A stretch of 64,000 nt of DNA from positions 54,126,001 to 54,190,000 of the forward strand of contig OZ024741.1 of assembly GCA_964016885.1 (NCBI GenBank). The letters run 5' to 3'. The notes under the pieces were generated by a model, which saw only the letters and a list, made by a program, of their open reading frames with translations, had not been told where the DNA came from and made no database searches. The position numbers and the translations under genes were made by a program. Numbering within the stretch: the stretch's first letter is position 1; each line of letters begins with the position of its first letter. Source of the stretch: Eledone cirrhosa (lineage: Eukaryota). Below, piece by piece: positions 1 to 11,732 of this stretch.

Positions 1-3000
1 TTGTTACTGTTGTTGTTGATGTTGTTACTGTTGTTGTTACTGTTGTTGTTACAGTTGTTGTTACTGTTGTTGTTACTGTTGTTGTTGCTGTTGTTGTTAC
101 TGTTGTTGTTACTGTTGTTGTTGTTACTGTTGTTGTTACTGTTGTTACTGTTGTTGTTACTGTTGTTGTTACAGTTGTTGTTACTGTTGTTGTTACTGTT
201 GTTGTTACTGTTGTTGTTACTGTTGTTGTTACTGTTGTTGTTGTTATTGTTGTTGTTACTGTTGTTACTGTTGTTGTTACTGTTGTTGTTACAGTTGTTG
301 TTACTGTTGTTGTTACTGTTGTTGTTACTGTTGTTGTTGTTATTGTTTTTGTTACTGTTTTTGTTACTGTTGTTGTTAATGTTGTTGTTACTGTTGTTGT
401 TACTGTTGTTGTTACTGTTGTTGTTACTGTTGTTGTTGTTATTGTTGTTGTTACTGTTTTTGTTACTGTTGTTGTTACTGTTGTTGTTACTGTTGTTGTT
501 ACTGTTGTTGTTACTGTTGTTGTTGTTATTGTTGTTGTTACTGTTGTTACTGTTGTTGTTACTGTTGTTGTTACAGTTGTTGTTACTGTTGTTGTTACTG
601 TTGTTGTTACTGTTGTTGTTACTGTTGTTGTTACTGTTGTTACTGTTGTTGTTACTGTTGTTACTGTTGTTGTTACTGTTGTTGTTAATGTTGTTGTTAC
701 TGTTGTTGTTACTGTTGTTGTTACTGTTGTTGTTACTGTTGTTGATTTTATTGTTGTTGTTAATGTTTTTGTTACTGTTGTTGTTAATGTTGTTGTTACT
801 GTTGTTGTTACTGTTGTTGTTACTGTTGTTGTTACTGTTGTTGTTGTTATTGTTGTTGTTACTGTTGTTGTTACTGTTGTTGTTACTGTTGTTGTTGTTA
901 TTGTTGTTGTTACTGTTTTTGTTACTGATGTTGTTACTGTTGTTGTTACTGTTGTTGTTACTGTTGTTGTTACTGTTGTTGTTACTGTTGTTACTGTTGT
1001 TATTACTGTTGTTGTTACTGTTGTTGCTACTGTTGTTGTTACTGTTGTTGTTACTGTTGTTGTTACTGTTGTTGTTGTTATTGTTGTTGTTACTGTTTTT
1101 GTTAATGTTGTTGTTAATGTTGTTGTTACTGTTGTTGTTACTGTTGTTGTTACTGTTGTTGTCGTTATTGTTGTTGTTACTGTTGTTGTTACTGTTGTTG
1201 TTACTGTTGTTGTTGTTATTGTTGTTGTTACTGTTTTTGTTACTGTTGTTGTTACTGTTGTTGTTACTGTTGTTGTTACTGTTGTTGTTACTGTTGTTAC
1301 TGTTGTTGTTACTGTTGTTGTTACTGTTGTTGTTACAGTTGTTGTCACTGTTGTTGTTACTGTTGTTGTTACTGTTGTTACTGTTGTTGTTACTGTTGTT
1401 GTTACTGTTGTTGTTACTGTTGTTGTTGTTATTGTTGTTGTTACTGTTTTTGTTACTGTTGTTGTTACTGTTGTTGTTACTGTTGTTGTTACTGTTGTTG
1501 TTACTGTTGTTGTTGTTATTGTTGTTGTTACTGTTGTTACTGTTGTTGTTACTGTTGTTGTTACAGTTGTTGTTACTGTTGTTGTTACTGTTGTTGTTAC
1601 TGTTGTTGTTACTGTTGTTGTTACTGTTGTTACTGTTGTTGTTACTGTTGTTACTGTTGTTGTTACTGTTGTTGTTAATGTTGTTGTTACTGTTGTTGTT
1701 ACTGTTGTTGTTACTGTTGTTGTTACTGTTGTTGATTTTATTGTTGTTGTTAATGTTTTTGTTACTGTTGTTGTTAATGTTGTTGTTACTGTTGTTGTTA
1801 CTGTTGTTGTTACTGTTGTTGTTACTGTTGTTGTTGTTATTGTTGTTGTTACTGTTGTTGTTACTGTTGTTGTTACTGTTGTTGTTACAGTTGTTGTTAC
1901 TGTTGTTGTTACTGTTGTTGTTACTGTTGTTGTTGTTATTGTTGTTGTTACTGTTTTTGTTACTGATGTTGTTACTGTTGTTGTTACTGTTGTTGTTACT
2001 GTTGTTGTTACTGTTGTTGTTACTGTTGTTACTGTTGTTATTACTGTTGTTGTTACTGTTGTTGCTACTGTTGTTGTTACTGTTGTTGTTACTGTTGTTG
2101 TTACTGTTGTTGTTGTTATTGTTGTTGTTACTGTTTTTGTTAATGTTGTTGTTAATGTTGTTGTTACTGTTGTTGTTACTGTTGTTGTTACTGTTGTTGT
2201 CGTTATTGTTGTTGTTACTGTTGTTGTTACTGTTGTTGTTACTGTTGTTGTTGTTATTGTTGTTGTTACTGTTTTTGTTACTGTTGTTGTTACTGTTGTT
2301 GTTACTGTTGTTGTTACTGTTGTTGTTACTGTTGTTACTGTTGTTGTTACTGTTGTTGTTACTGTTGTTGTTACTGTTGTTACTGTTGTTCTTACTGTTG
2401 CTGTTACTGTTGTTGTTACTGTTGTTGTTATTGTTTGGTGTTACGGTTGTTACTGTTGTTGTTGCTGTTGTTGTTACTGTTGTTGTTGTTATTGTTGTTG
2501 TTACTGTTGTTGTTACTGTTATTGTTGTTATTGTTGTTGTTACTGTTGTTGTTACTGTTGTTGTTACTGTTGTTGTTACTGTTGTTGTTACTGTTGTTGT
2601 TACTGTTGTTGTTACTGTTGATGTTACTGTTGTTACTGTTGTTGTTACTGTTGTTGTTACTGTTGTTGTTACTGTTGTTGTTACTGTTGTTGTTGTTACT
2701 GTAGGTGTTATTGTTGTTGTTACTGTTATTGTTATTGTTGGTGTTACTGTTGTTGTTACTGTTGGTGTTACTGTGTTGTTATTGTTGTCGTTACTGTTAT
2801 TGTTATTGTTGTTGTTACTGTTCTTATTACTGTTGTTGCTACTGTTTTTGTTGTTATTGTTGTTGTTACCTTTGTTGTTGTTGCTCTTGTTGTTATTGTT
2901 GTTGTTACTGTTGTTGTTATTGTTGTTGTTACTGTTGTTGTTATTGTTCGTGTTACTGTTGTTGTTACTGTTGTTGTTATTGTTGTTGTTACTGTTGTTG

Positions 3001-4300
3001 TTATTGTTGTTGTTACTGTTGTTGGTATTGTTGTTGTTACTGTTGTTGTTGCTGTTGTTGTTACTGTTGTTGTTACTGTTGTTGCTATTGTTGTTGTTAC
3101 TGTTGTTGTTGTTGTTGTTATTGTTGTTGTTACTGTTGTTGTTGCTGTTGTTGTTACTGTTGTTATTACTGTTGTTGTTATTGTTGTTGTTACTGTTGTT
3201 GTTACTGTTGTTACTGTTGTTGTTACTGTGTTGTTATTGTTGTTGTTTCTGTTGTTCTTACTGTTGTTACTGTTGTTATTGTTGTTGTTACTGTTGTTGT
3301 TATTGTTTTTGTTACTGATGTTGTTGATGTTGTTGTTACTGTTGTTGTTACTGTTGATGTTATTGTTGTTGTTACTGTTGTTGTTATTGTTGATGTTACT
3401 GTTGTTGTTACTGTTGTTGTTACTGTTGTTGTTACTGTTGTTGTTACTGTTGTTGTTACTGTTGTTACTGTTGTTGTTACTGTTGTTGTTACTGTTGTTG
3501 TTACTGTTGTTGTTACTGTTGTTGTTACTGTTGTTGTTACTGTTGTTGTTACTGTTGTTACTGTTGTTGTTACTGTTGTTGTTTATGTTGTTGTTACTGT
3601 TGTTGTTGTTATTGTTGTTGCTACTGTTGTTGTTACTGTTGTTGTTACTGTTGTTGTTACTGTTGTTGTTACTGTTGTGGTTACTGTTGTGGTTACTGTT
3701 GTTACTTTTGTTGTAACTGTGTTGTTATTGTTGTTGTTACTGTTGTTGTTACTGTTGTTCTTACTGTTGTTGTTGCTGTTGTTGTTACTGTTGTTATTAC
3801 TGTTGTTGTTATTGTTGTTGTTACTGTTGTTGTTACTGTTGTTCTTACTGTTGTTGTTACTGTTGTTGTTACTGTTGTTATTACTGTTGTTGTTATTGTT
3901 GTTGTTACTGTTGTTGTTGCTGTTGTTGTTACAGTTGTTGTTATTGTTGTTGTTACTGTTGTTGTTATTGTTGTTGTTACTGTTGTTGTTGCTGTTGTTG
4001 TTACTCTTGTTGTTATTGTTGTTGTTACTGTTGTTGTTATTGTTGTTGTTACTCTTGTTGTTGCTGTTGTTGTTATTGTTGTTGTTACTGTTGTTGTTGC
4101 TGTTGTTGTTACTGTTGTCACTGTTGTTCTTACTGTTTTTGTTACTGTTGTTGTTGTTGTTGTTGTTGTTGTTACTGTTGTTGTTGTTGTTGTTGTTACT
4201 GTTGTTGTTACTGTTGTTGTTGCTGTTGTTGTTACTCTTGTTGTTACTGTTGTTGTTACTGTTGTTGTTACTGTTGTTGTTACTGTTGTTGTTGTTGTTT
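1..4300. repeat. Degenerate (GTT)n / 12-bp ACTGTTGTTGTT satellite with ~1-kb higher-order duplication
   Basis: Visible directly; the rare variant gttgattttattg occurs at ~741 and ~1731. Confidence 0.95.
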
Positions 4301-4783
4301 CAGTTTTTGTTATCTTTTTGTTGACGTTCTCGTCGTTGTTGTTGCTGTTGTTCTTATTATTTGCGTTGTTACTGTTGTTGTTCCTGTTATTGTTATTATT
4401 GTTGTTTTTATTATTGTTGTTGCTATTGTTGTTGTTATTATTGTCGTTGTTCCTGTCAGCGTTGTCGTTGTTATTCCTGTCGTTACTGTTTTTGTTATTG
4501 TTGTTGTTATTATTATTGTCTTTGTTGCTGTCGATGATTGCGGTGATGATGGTGATGATAGTGATGATGGTGATGATGGTAATGATGGTGGTGATGATGG
4601 TGATGATGGTGATGATAGTGATGATGATAGTGATGATGGTGATGATGGTGATGATGGTGATGATGATGGTGATGATGGTGATGATGGTGATGATGGTGAT
4701 GATATTGATGATGGTGATGATGGTGATGATGGTGATGATGGTGATGATGATGGTGATGGTGATGATGGTGATGATAATGATCG

Positions 4784-4835
<52 letters not shown>

Positions 4836-5055
4836 AGTGATGATGCTGATGATGATAATGATAATGATGGTGATGATGATGTAGATAATGATGCTGATGA
4901 TGGTGGTGATGATGATGATGGTGATGATGATGAGGATGATGATGATGATGCTGAAAACTGTGATGATAATGACAATGATGATGATCATGATGATGATGAT
5001 AATGATGGTGGTGGTGGGTGCATTGGTGATGATGGTGACGATGATGTTGATGATG
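4300..5055. repeat. Trinucleotide microsatellite, (GTT/ATT)n grading into (GAT/GGT)n
   Basis: Visible directly. Confidence 0.95.
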
Positions 5056-5068
5056 AGAAGAATAAGGA

Positions 5069-5430
5069 GGAGAGAGAAGTGCTGCTCCCCAGTACATTTT
5101 TTGAAAGGTGGGTGAATGTGGCGAGAATGGCCCGTGTGAGTGGGCCTACTCTGGTCATGTGGCTGTAGGTAAGTAAATTTGAGGAGGAGAGGGGTGCCCT
5201 TCCAGGGTGCTCTTGAAGCGTCGGGTCGTTCAGGATTGGTGGGGTACCTCAGCGAACCCTGGGTGGTCATCCCCACTATTGGGGAATTTTTCTTGTATTT
5301 TTCTTGTAACTTTATTATTGTTATTCATATTGTTTACTCGATTTTTCTGTAAAACCCCACTGTCCCAGTCCTTTGTATTGTTCCCTATATGTCAGCCCTG
5401 GTGGCCAATAAAAGAAATCATTATTATTAT
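5069..5430 (+). mobile_element. 5'-truncated 3' end of a Tx1-like LINE (family of copy B)
   Basis: Aligns by eye to ~16997-17360 (ORF2 end, 3'UTR, AATAAA, ATT tail). Confidence 0.93.
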
Positions 5431-5431
5431 C

Positions 5432-5525
5432 AGGTTAACTTTGCCTTTCATCCTTACGGGGTCGATAAAATAAAGTACCAGTAATGTACTGGATAATTGC
5501 TGGCCTTGTGCCAAAAGTAGAAACA

Positions 5526-5526
<1 letters not shown>
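5432..5526 (+). mobile_element. 3' half of tRNA-derived SINE family 1
   Basis: ggttaactttgcctttcatcc...gtgccaaaagtagaaacaatt matches full copies at 24463, 37477 and 44128. Confidence 0.9.

Positions 5527-5573
<47 letters not shown>
5526..5573. repeat. (ATT)n tract directly upstream of LINE copy A
   Basis: Visible directly. Confidence 0.98.
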
Positions 5574-5781
5574 GGCGACCTACGTAGTAAATCGTATCAT
5601 CGTGAGCTCCGCAAAGGTTTGTTATTTTCGTTTGTTAAAAATTGCCATTTATGGAAAATTTTATTGTTAACTGTTTATAAGCACACATACATTGTTTTCC
5701 GAAAAGGACACCCAAAAAGATTGGGGCCTTGTGCCCAAAATTTTAACTTTTATTATTATCCAAAAATTTCTTTAAAAAAAA

Positions 5782-7759
5782 ATGGCTAATTCCCCTCTGC
5801 ACGAAGCAGCTGAAAGCCTTCCTCCAAAAATAACACCTCACACCGACACCACCATTGTAAATGTTACTACGTTTGCCAACACAAAAAAAAATATAAGCAG
5901 TAGCAATATTTTAAATTTGTCTCAGGCAGACATTCATTTCCCGCCATTACCAATGACTGCAGGTGTTAAAGCCTCCACCACCACCACCACCGCGACAACC
6001 ACCACCCCCACCACCACCGCGACAACAGAAACAAAAGAAGAAAAAAATAAATTAACTCGTGATGTCGAAATGAAATCAAGCAAAATGGACTCTTCCGCAC
6101 CAAAGACGACTGACATCACCACCACCACAACTGAAACTAAAATTAAGATTAACACAAATAACGATAGCAACAACAACAACAATGACATTATAAAACCGAC
6201 CCTCAGTTTCGCCATCGTAGCAAAACAATTCGAAGCGTTCACGGTAACTCAAGAGGATTTAGAAAATGCCAAACTAATGGTAAAGAAACATGGGTACAGG
6301 GTTAGCCTCAACCCCCCACCTAATAAAATGGAGCATCGGCGCCTATGCACCGTGTCGTATAGAACAATAAATGTAAAATCGCGCCGAGTGGAACGGGCAT
6401 CCGAGTCCCAAATCCAAAAAGCTTTGGGACATGTGTGGGCAAGAAAAACCCACATCAGACGTGGGCAAAAGTATGGAACCGTGGATGTGTTCTTTGAAAC
6501 ACCAGAGGAGGCTAGAGAACACTCCATGGCCCCATTAAAAAGTGACAAGCTATTGTGGCCAGAGACTCGTAAAGATCAGGGTGACCCACGTTCCACCGGC
6601 CATCGAAATTCCCTGGCTAATAGCGGCTGTCCTCGCCGGCATCGAAGCCAACACGAAAATAATAGCAATAGCAAAAGAAAAGCAGGAAAACTGGTCCGGA
6701 TCTGGGATGGAGCACCTAATCCAAGCGGACCAAAAAAGCATTGAGGAGATCCCAGAGGTAATAGACCTCACTGACGGCAGCCACCTCACCGTAATTGTCG
6801 AGGGCAGAAGACCTAGGTGTGTCGTTTGTGGTGAAGGAACCCACCTAAGGGCTTTCTGCCCTCAGGCTAAAAGGTTGAGGCCACCTCTCCTACCCACCCC
6901 AGTGACACAACCATCAACACCACCAGTAGCAGAGATAGCAGCAACAACTGTAGCAGCAACAACAGAAGCAACTATAACAGCAACAACCCCAGCAACAGTA
7001 GCAAAACCAACACCACCACCACCACCAGCAAAACCAACACCGCCACCACCCAACGCTTCAGAACTAGCACCAGCGCCTACATCATCCACCACGCCACAAC
7101 CAAAACTAACGGCTGTGGAGTATTTTCCACTCCCCGGCCTATCACAACTGGAAACAGATTGTGACGACGAGGAGTGGGAAACGATATCCGGAAAAAAAAA
7201 AAGAAACCAAAAAAGAAAAAATTCTCTTCCTTCCCCCTCCAAAAACAAAATACAGAGGGAAACAAATAAATTAAGAAACAAAAAAGTTAGGACAGATATG
7301 CCACCATCCACACCAGCATCACCAACCCCATCAACCCAAACACCAACACCATCACCATCATTAACCCCAACACCACCATCACCTACACCACAAAAGTCAC
7401 CAAAATGCGAAACAGAAACAAACCCACAACAAACGCAAACAAAACAAAACAACCAAAACGATACACACTACACAGCATTAAATTTGAACAACAAGCAATT
7501 ATTACACTACATCCAACACAACACCAGCATCACAGAAAAAGATTACACAACAACCCCAAAATTCACACCACCTCCACACATACAAATCACTCGCATCTCA
7601 CAGAAAACGTACATAACACTAAAACAAAAATTCCCCAAAGACATCGGAGACTTCCGACAAGCACTCTCCAGGAGGATTTATAAGGACATCCTTCCTGAGG
7701 AGGCCACAAGCAGTGAAAAGGATGGAAAAACCGTCCTTCCCCTACAAGAAGTAAGGTAA
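5782..7759 (+). pseudogene. LINE ORF1 (RRM-like region, CX2CX4HX4C knuckle, Pro/Thr-rich tail), frameshift near 6550
   Basis: ORFs 5782..6744 and 6542..7759; CVVCGEGTHLRAFC; similar to ORF1 of copy B. Confidence 0.88.
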
Positions 7760-7793
7760 GTGGTCTTTCCCATCTTTTCCACTCCTTTTCAAC

Positions 7794-10700
7794 ATGACCT
7801 CACTCAGAATAGGCAGCATAAATGCGCGTGGCTTGGGGTCGTCATGGAAGCAGGGCCACCTGCTCAACGACCTCAGGTCACTAAACATAGATGTAGTGGC
7901 CATCAGCGAGACCAGAATCTCCGAAGCACAGGCTTTCGCACCGATCTTCGGCGGCTACGATGTGTACGCATCTCCCAGCCGTCAGGGATCGGGGGAGGAG
8001 TTGCTGTGCTTTTTCGGAGAGGTTTGGATCTTGCCATACGGGCCATCTTCCTGGACCCAGAAGGTAAGTTGGTGGTGCTGGACGTGTCCAGCGGAGACGG
8101 GCAAGCTTTCAGGTTAGTGGCCGTCTATGCCCCGACAGGAGCAGGGCGGCCTGATTTCTTCCGGCGTCTGGAGACTTTTCTTGGAACGTCCCGCTCTTTA
8201 GTGTTAGTGGGCGACTGGAACGGGATCTTAGATGCACGCTGGGATTGTGTGGGATTAGTGGATAGGGAAGGAGGGTGCAAGAGTCTCACCAACCTGCTCA
8301 GACGTTTTGAACTGTCTGACAGGTACCGAATGGATTTCCCGAATGTACCAATGTGGACTTGGACAAATCGCATAGGGTCATCCAGATCATATCTAGATAG
8401 AGTATTTTGTAGGGAAATAGATAGGTCTAGCATAGGCTGTCCACAATTCAAGATAGTCAGCTACGCGGACCACAAATTCGTGATCTGTGTGCTTGACTTA
8501 GATAGGCTTCATAGACAAGGACCCGGCTACTGGAAGCTAAACGCGTCCTTACCAGCGCGCAAGGCCTACAGAGACCGGATTAGCGAACTAGTTAAGCGGG
8601 CGTTGACGGGGGCCATCGTCAACAACAAGTGGTGGTTTGTTCTGAAATGAGCAATTAGAATAGAGTCCATTAGGTTTAGTAAGACTTTAGCAATAGAGAA
8701 AAATAGAGCAGAGGGAGAATTAGTTAGAAAATTAGATGAGGCGCTTAGCAAAGGCATCGCGACCGACGTACTTGCGGCGAAATTGGCCCTTGACCAATTC
8801 TTCAATGCAAAGCACGAAGGCTGCGTTGTGAGAGCTAGGGTGCGTGCTCTCAGACACGAGGGGACGAAAGCCGTTCAATGGGCCCGAGTGGCGGAGGCGC
8901 GTCGTGGCAACAAAGCCACGATCCGGTCTTTGGTGGACCACGACGGGCGCATGCTACTCGATCCCGGGCAAATGTGTGAAGCTTTTCAGCGACACTTCGC
9001 TCAACTGTTCGGGGGCAGTGGCGGGCCGGATCGAGGGATGGACTTTAGTGTCTACCTCGACGGACTGCCGCGGCTTTCGGCCACTGAGGCGGAGTGTTGC
9101 GAAAAGCCGATAACAACCGCTGAAGTACGGGATGCAATGACTAGTTGCACAAGGGGTAAATCGCCTGGTTTGGATGGTCTGCCCTATGAACTTTACGTAC
9201 AAATGCCAAACTTGTTCGGAGGCCTCTTGGCGGACGTCTACTGCAACTGGCAACAGAACGGGAGAATTCCCAGCTCTGTGAGCCGAGGAGCGGTGGCGCT
9301 GCTGAGAAAGGATCCGAACAAGGGGGATAACATAGATAATTTTAGGCCCATAACTCTGCTAAACACAGAGTTCAAAATTTTGGCCAAGGTGCTAGCAAAG
9401 AGGTTGGCGCTTGTCGTTGGTGGTCTGGTGGGAGAGGCACAGACATGCGCCATTCCCGACAGATCCATCCACGACAACCTCCACCTCATGCGATACATCG
9501 TAGAGAGGGTAGCTAAGGAACCTGGCACGGGTGGGTCTTTGATCAATTTAGATCAGTCGAAAGCCTTCGATAGGGTCGACCATCGTTACCTAGCGGCAGT
9601 CCTGAGGGCGGCTGGCTTTGGGCCCGTCTTCAGAGGCTGGATCGCTGCCATGCACAGCGACATCTGCTCTGTAGTGAGAGTGAACGGTCACCTTTCGGAA
9701 CCGTTCAACATCATGCGCTCGGTCCGCCAAGGATGTCCCCTCTCGTCCCTATTGTACGTATTGACTCTCGAGCCATTACTGCACAAACTGGAGACGTTGA
9801 GGGGGGTCCCGCGCGAACTAGGATGCGGAAGATCCGTGTCAGCATATGCCGACGATGTCACCGTAGTGGTGTCGAACGCCAAACACATCGAGGCGATCGG
9901 CACTACACTAAGAGAATACGAAGCGGTGACAGGAGCAATGATCAACCAGAAAAAGTCAGTGGGCCTGCAGCTCGGCACCTGGAGAGGCAGGTCCATGCCG
10001 TCCAACAGCGTCGTCGGGCGCTGGACGGACGGACCGGTTAAATTGTTAGGGGTCTGGTTAGGTCCAGACCTCCAGACGGACAAAAACTGGGACGAGGTGA
10101 CGAGCAGGGTGGCTTCTCTCACCCAGAAATGGGCCGAGAGGAAGCTATCCCTGAAAGGTCGAGCGGAGGTGGCGAATGCGTACATCGCATCCGTCATCTA
10201 CTACCGCCTGACCGTCGTACCTTGTCCTAAGCCCCGCCTGACTGCGGTGGAGCGTTTGCTCTTTCGCTTCTTGTGGAAGGGACGCGCTCCGATGGTCAGG
10301 CGGTCCATCTGCTGTCAACACCCGCTACGTGGAGGGCTGGGCATGCCGTGGCTGATGATGTTCAGACACGCGCTCAGGCTACGACATCTCCACCTCTTCC
10401 TCGACGGTGATCAGGTGTGGTCGCCGTTTGCAAGACACGTTTTTCCCCAGCTCGTCTCCTTGACGGAGCTGCAGTCCTGGGTCAAGCGAAGACCGAGAGG
10501 GAGCGCTTGGAGACTGGAATGTCTTCAGGCGCTCACAGCCCTCGACCAATCGGGCAATGTGATCGGTGGAAACTCCACCTTGGCGTTCTATAGGGGATTA
10601 GTGGAGGGGAAGAGCGACGACGTACTTGGAGAAACTCTAGGCGTCGACGAAAATCAACTAGCCAATCTCTTCGGAAGGACTTTCGGGCCGGGGCCTATGG

Positions 10701-11212
10701 ACAACTTCCAGAAATCCCTGGCCTGGCAGTGATACCGAGGAGCTTTGCCAGTTCGGGATAAACTCTACAGGCATGGAGGTGCCGTCAGCCGGGCATGTCC
10801 GAGATGCGCGCAGGGCGACGAAACCGTCCTGCACGCACTCGTCCAGTGTCCGAGCATTGCTGACTTGTGGGTTTATGTCGAACACCTGCTGTCACGTGTA
10901 GGACGGATCCAGCTATCAGCTGAGTCCATCGTGAGGATTGCCCCGCCCCCTTCCTTTAGCCTGGAAGGGCAGGCAGTTTTTATCTGTCTGGTGGCCATGG
11001 CGAAAGAGATAGTATGGTGGACACGTTTGAAAGGGCTGAAGACGAGCACTTACCTCTTCGGTGATGCCCTGATTAACTTTTTCAAATTTCATTTGAAAAG
11101 GAAAATCAGGGTAGAGAGGGAAGTGCTCTCTTCCCAGCATTTTGTTGAAAGATGGGTGAGAGAAGCAAGTATGGCCCGAATGAATGGGCCTTCTCTGAGT
11201 ATGTGTCTGTAA
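7794..11212 (+). pseudogene. LINE ORF2 (APE endonuclease, RT, C-terminal Zn finger); frameshift near 7990, stops at 8648 and 10730
   Basis: SINARGL, VYAP, GDWN, ADHK, KAFDRV, QGCPLS, YADD, CPRC...H...C. Confidence 0.93.
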
Positions 11213-11461
11213 ATTAAAGGTGGAAAACTGGGAGAGGGCACTTGCCCTGGTGGTCAGGGCCACTGTGGTCTTTTAATGGGCTTTCTCCACAAATGTCCCT
11301 TGGAAGTCCCCTCCCTATTGGGGAATTTTTCTTTGTTATTTTATTTCAACCTCTGTTTTTTTACACGCAGAAATGCCCATTTGTACCGTCCTGTATTGTC
11401 CTGTACTGTCCTTAATGTCTACTTTATGTGAACCCTTGTGGTTAATAAAGAAAACAAAAAC

Positions 11462-11475
11462 ATTATTATTATTAC

Positions 11476-11521
<46 letters not shown>
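11462..11521. repeat. (ATT)n spacer between LINE copies A and B
   Basis: Visible directly. Confidence 0.98.
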
Positions 11522-11732
11522 GACGAAAGTGGATGTACGTTTTTTTGAAGCTCCGTGAGTAAGCAATTTTTTGAGGATTAATTGTGGAGAATTGTTTATT
11601 TTTTGTACCGCTGAAGCATTATAAGACATTCATTTGTATCCTGTGAAGGAATAACTCATAATATTTGGGCCTTTTGGCCCAAATATTTGAACTTTATTTT
11701 GGAAAAATAATAATTTTTTTTCTCAAAAAAAC

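Larger units (their letters stand above)
5574..11461 (+). mobile_element. Full-length Tx1/L1-clade non-LTR retrotransposon, copy A (disrupted)
   Basis: ~208-nt 5'UTR, ORF1 with CCHC knuckle, APE-RT-Zn finger ORF2, 3'UTR with AATAAA, (ATT)n on both sides. Confidence 0.93.

Noticed and set aside
1-5276. Long poly-Leu/Val/Thr/His ORFs (mucin- or His-rich-like)
   Set aside because: Products of trinucleotide repeats lacking stops; frames shift freely and one starts inside a LINE 3'UTR
5574-5700. HDV-like ribozyme at LINE 5' ends
   Set aside because: Could not build the nested double pseudoknot in copies A, B or D
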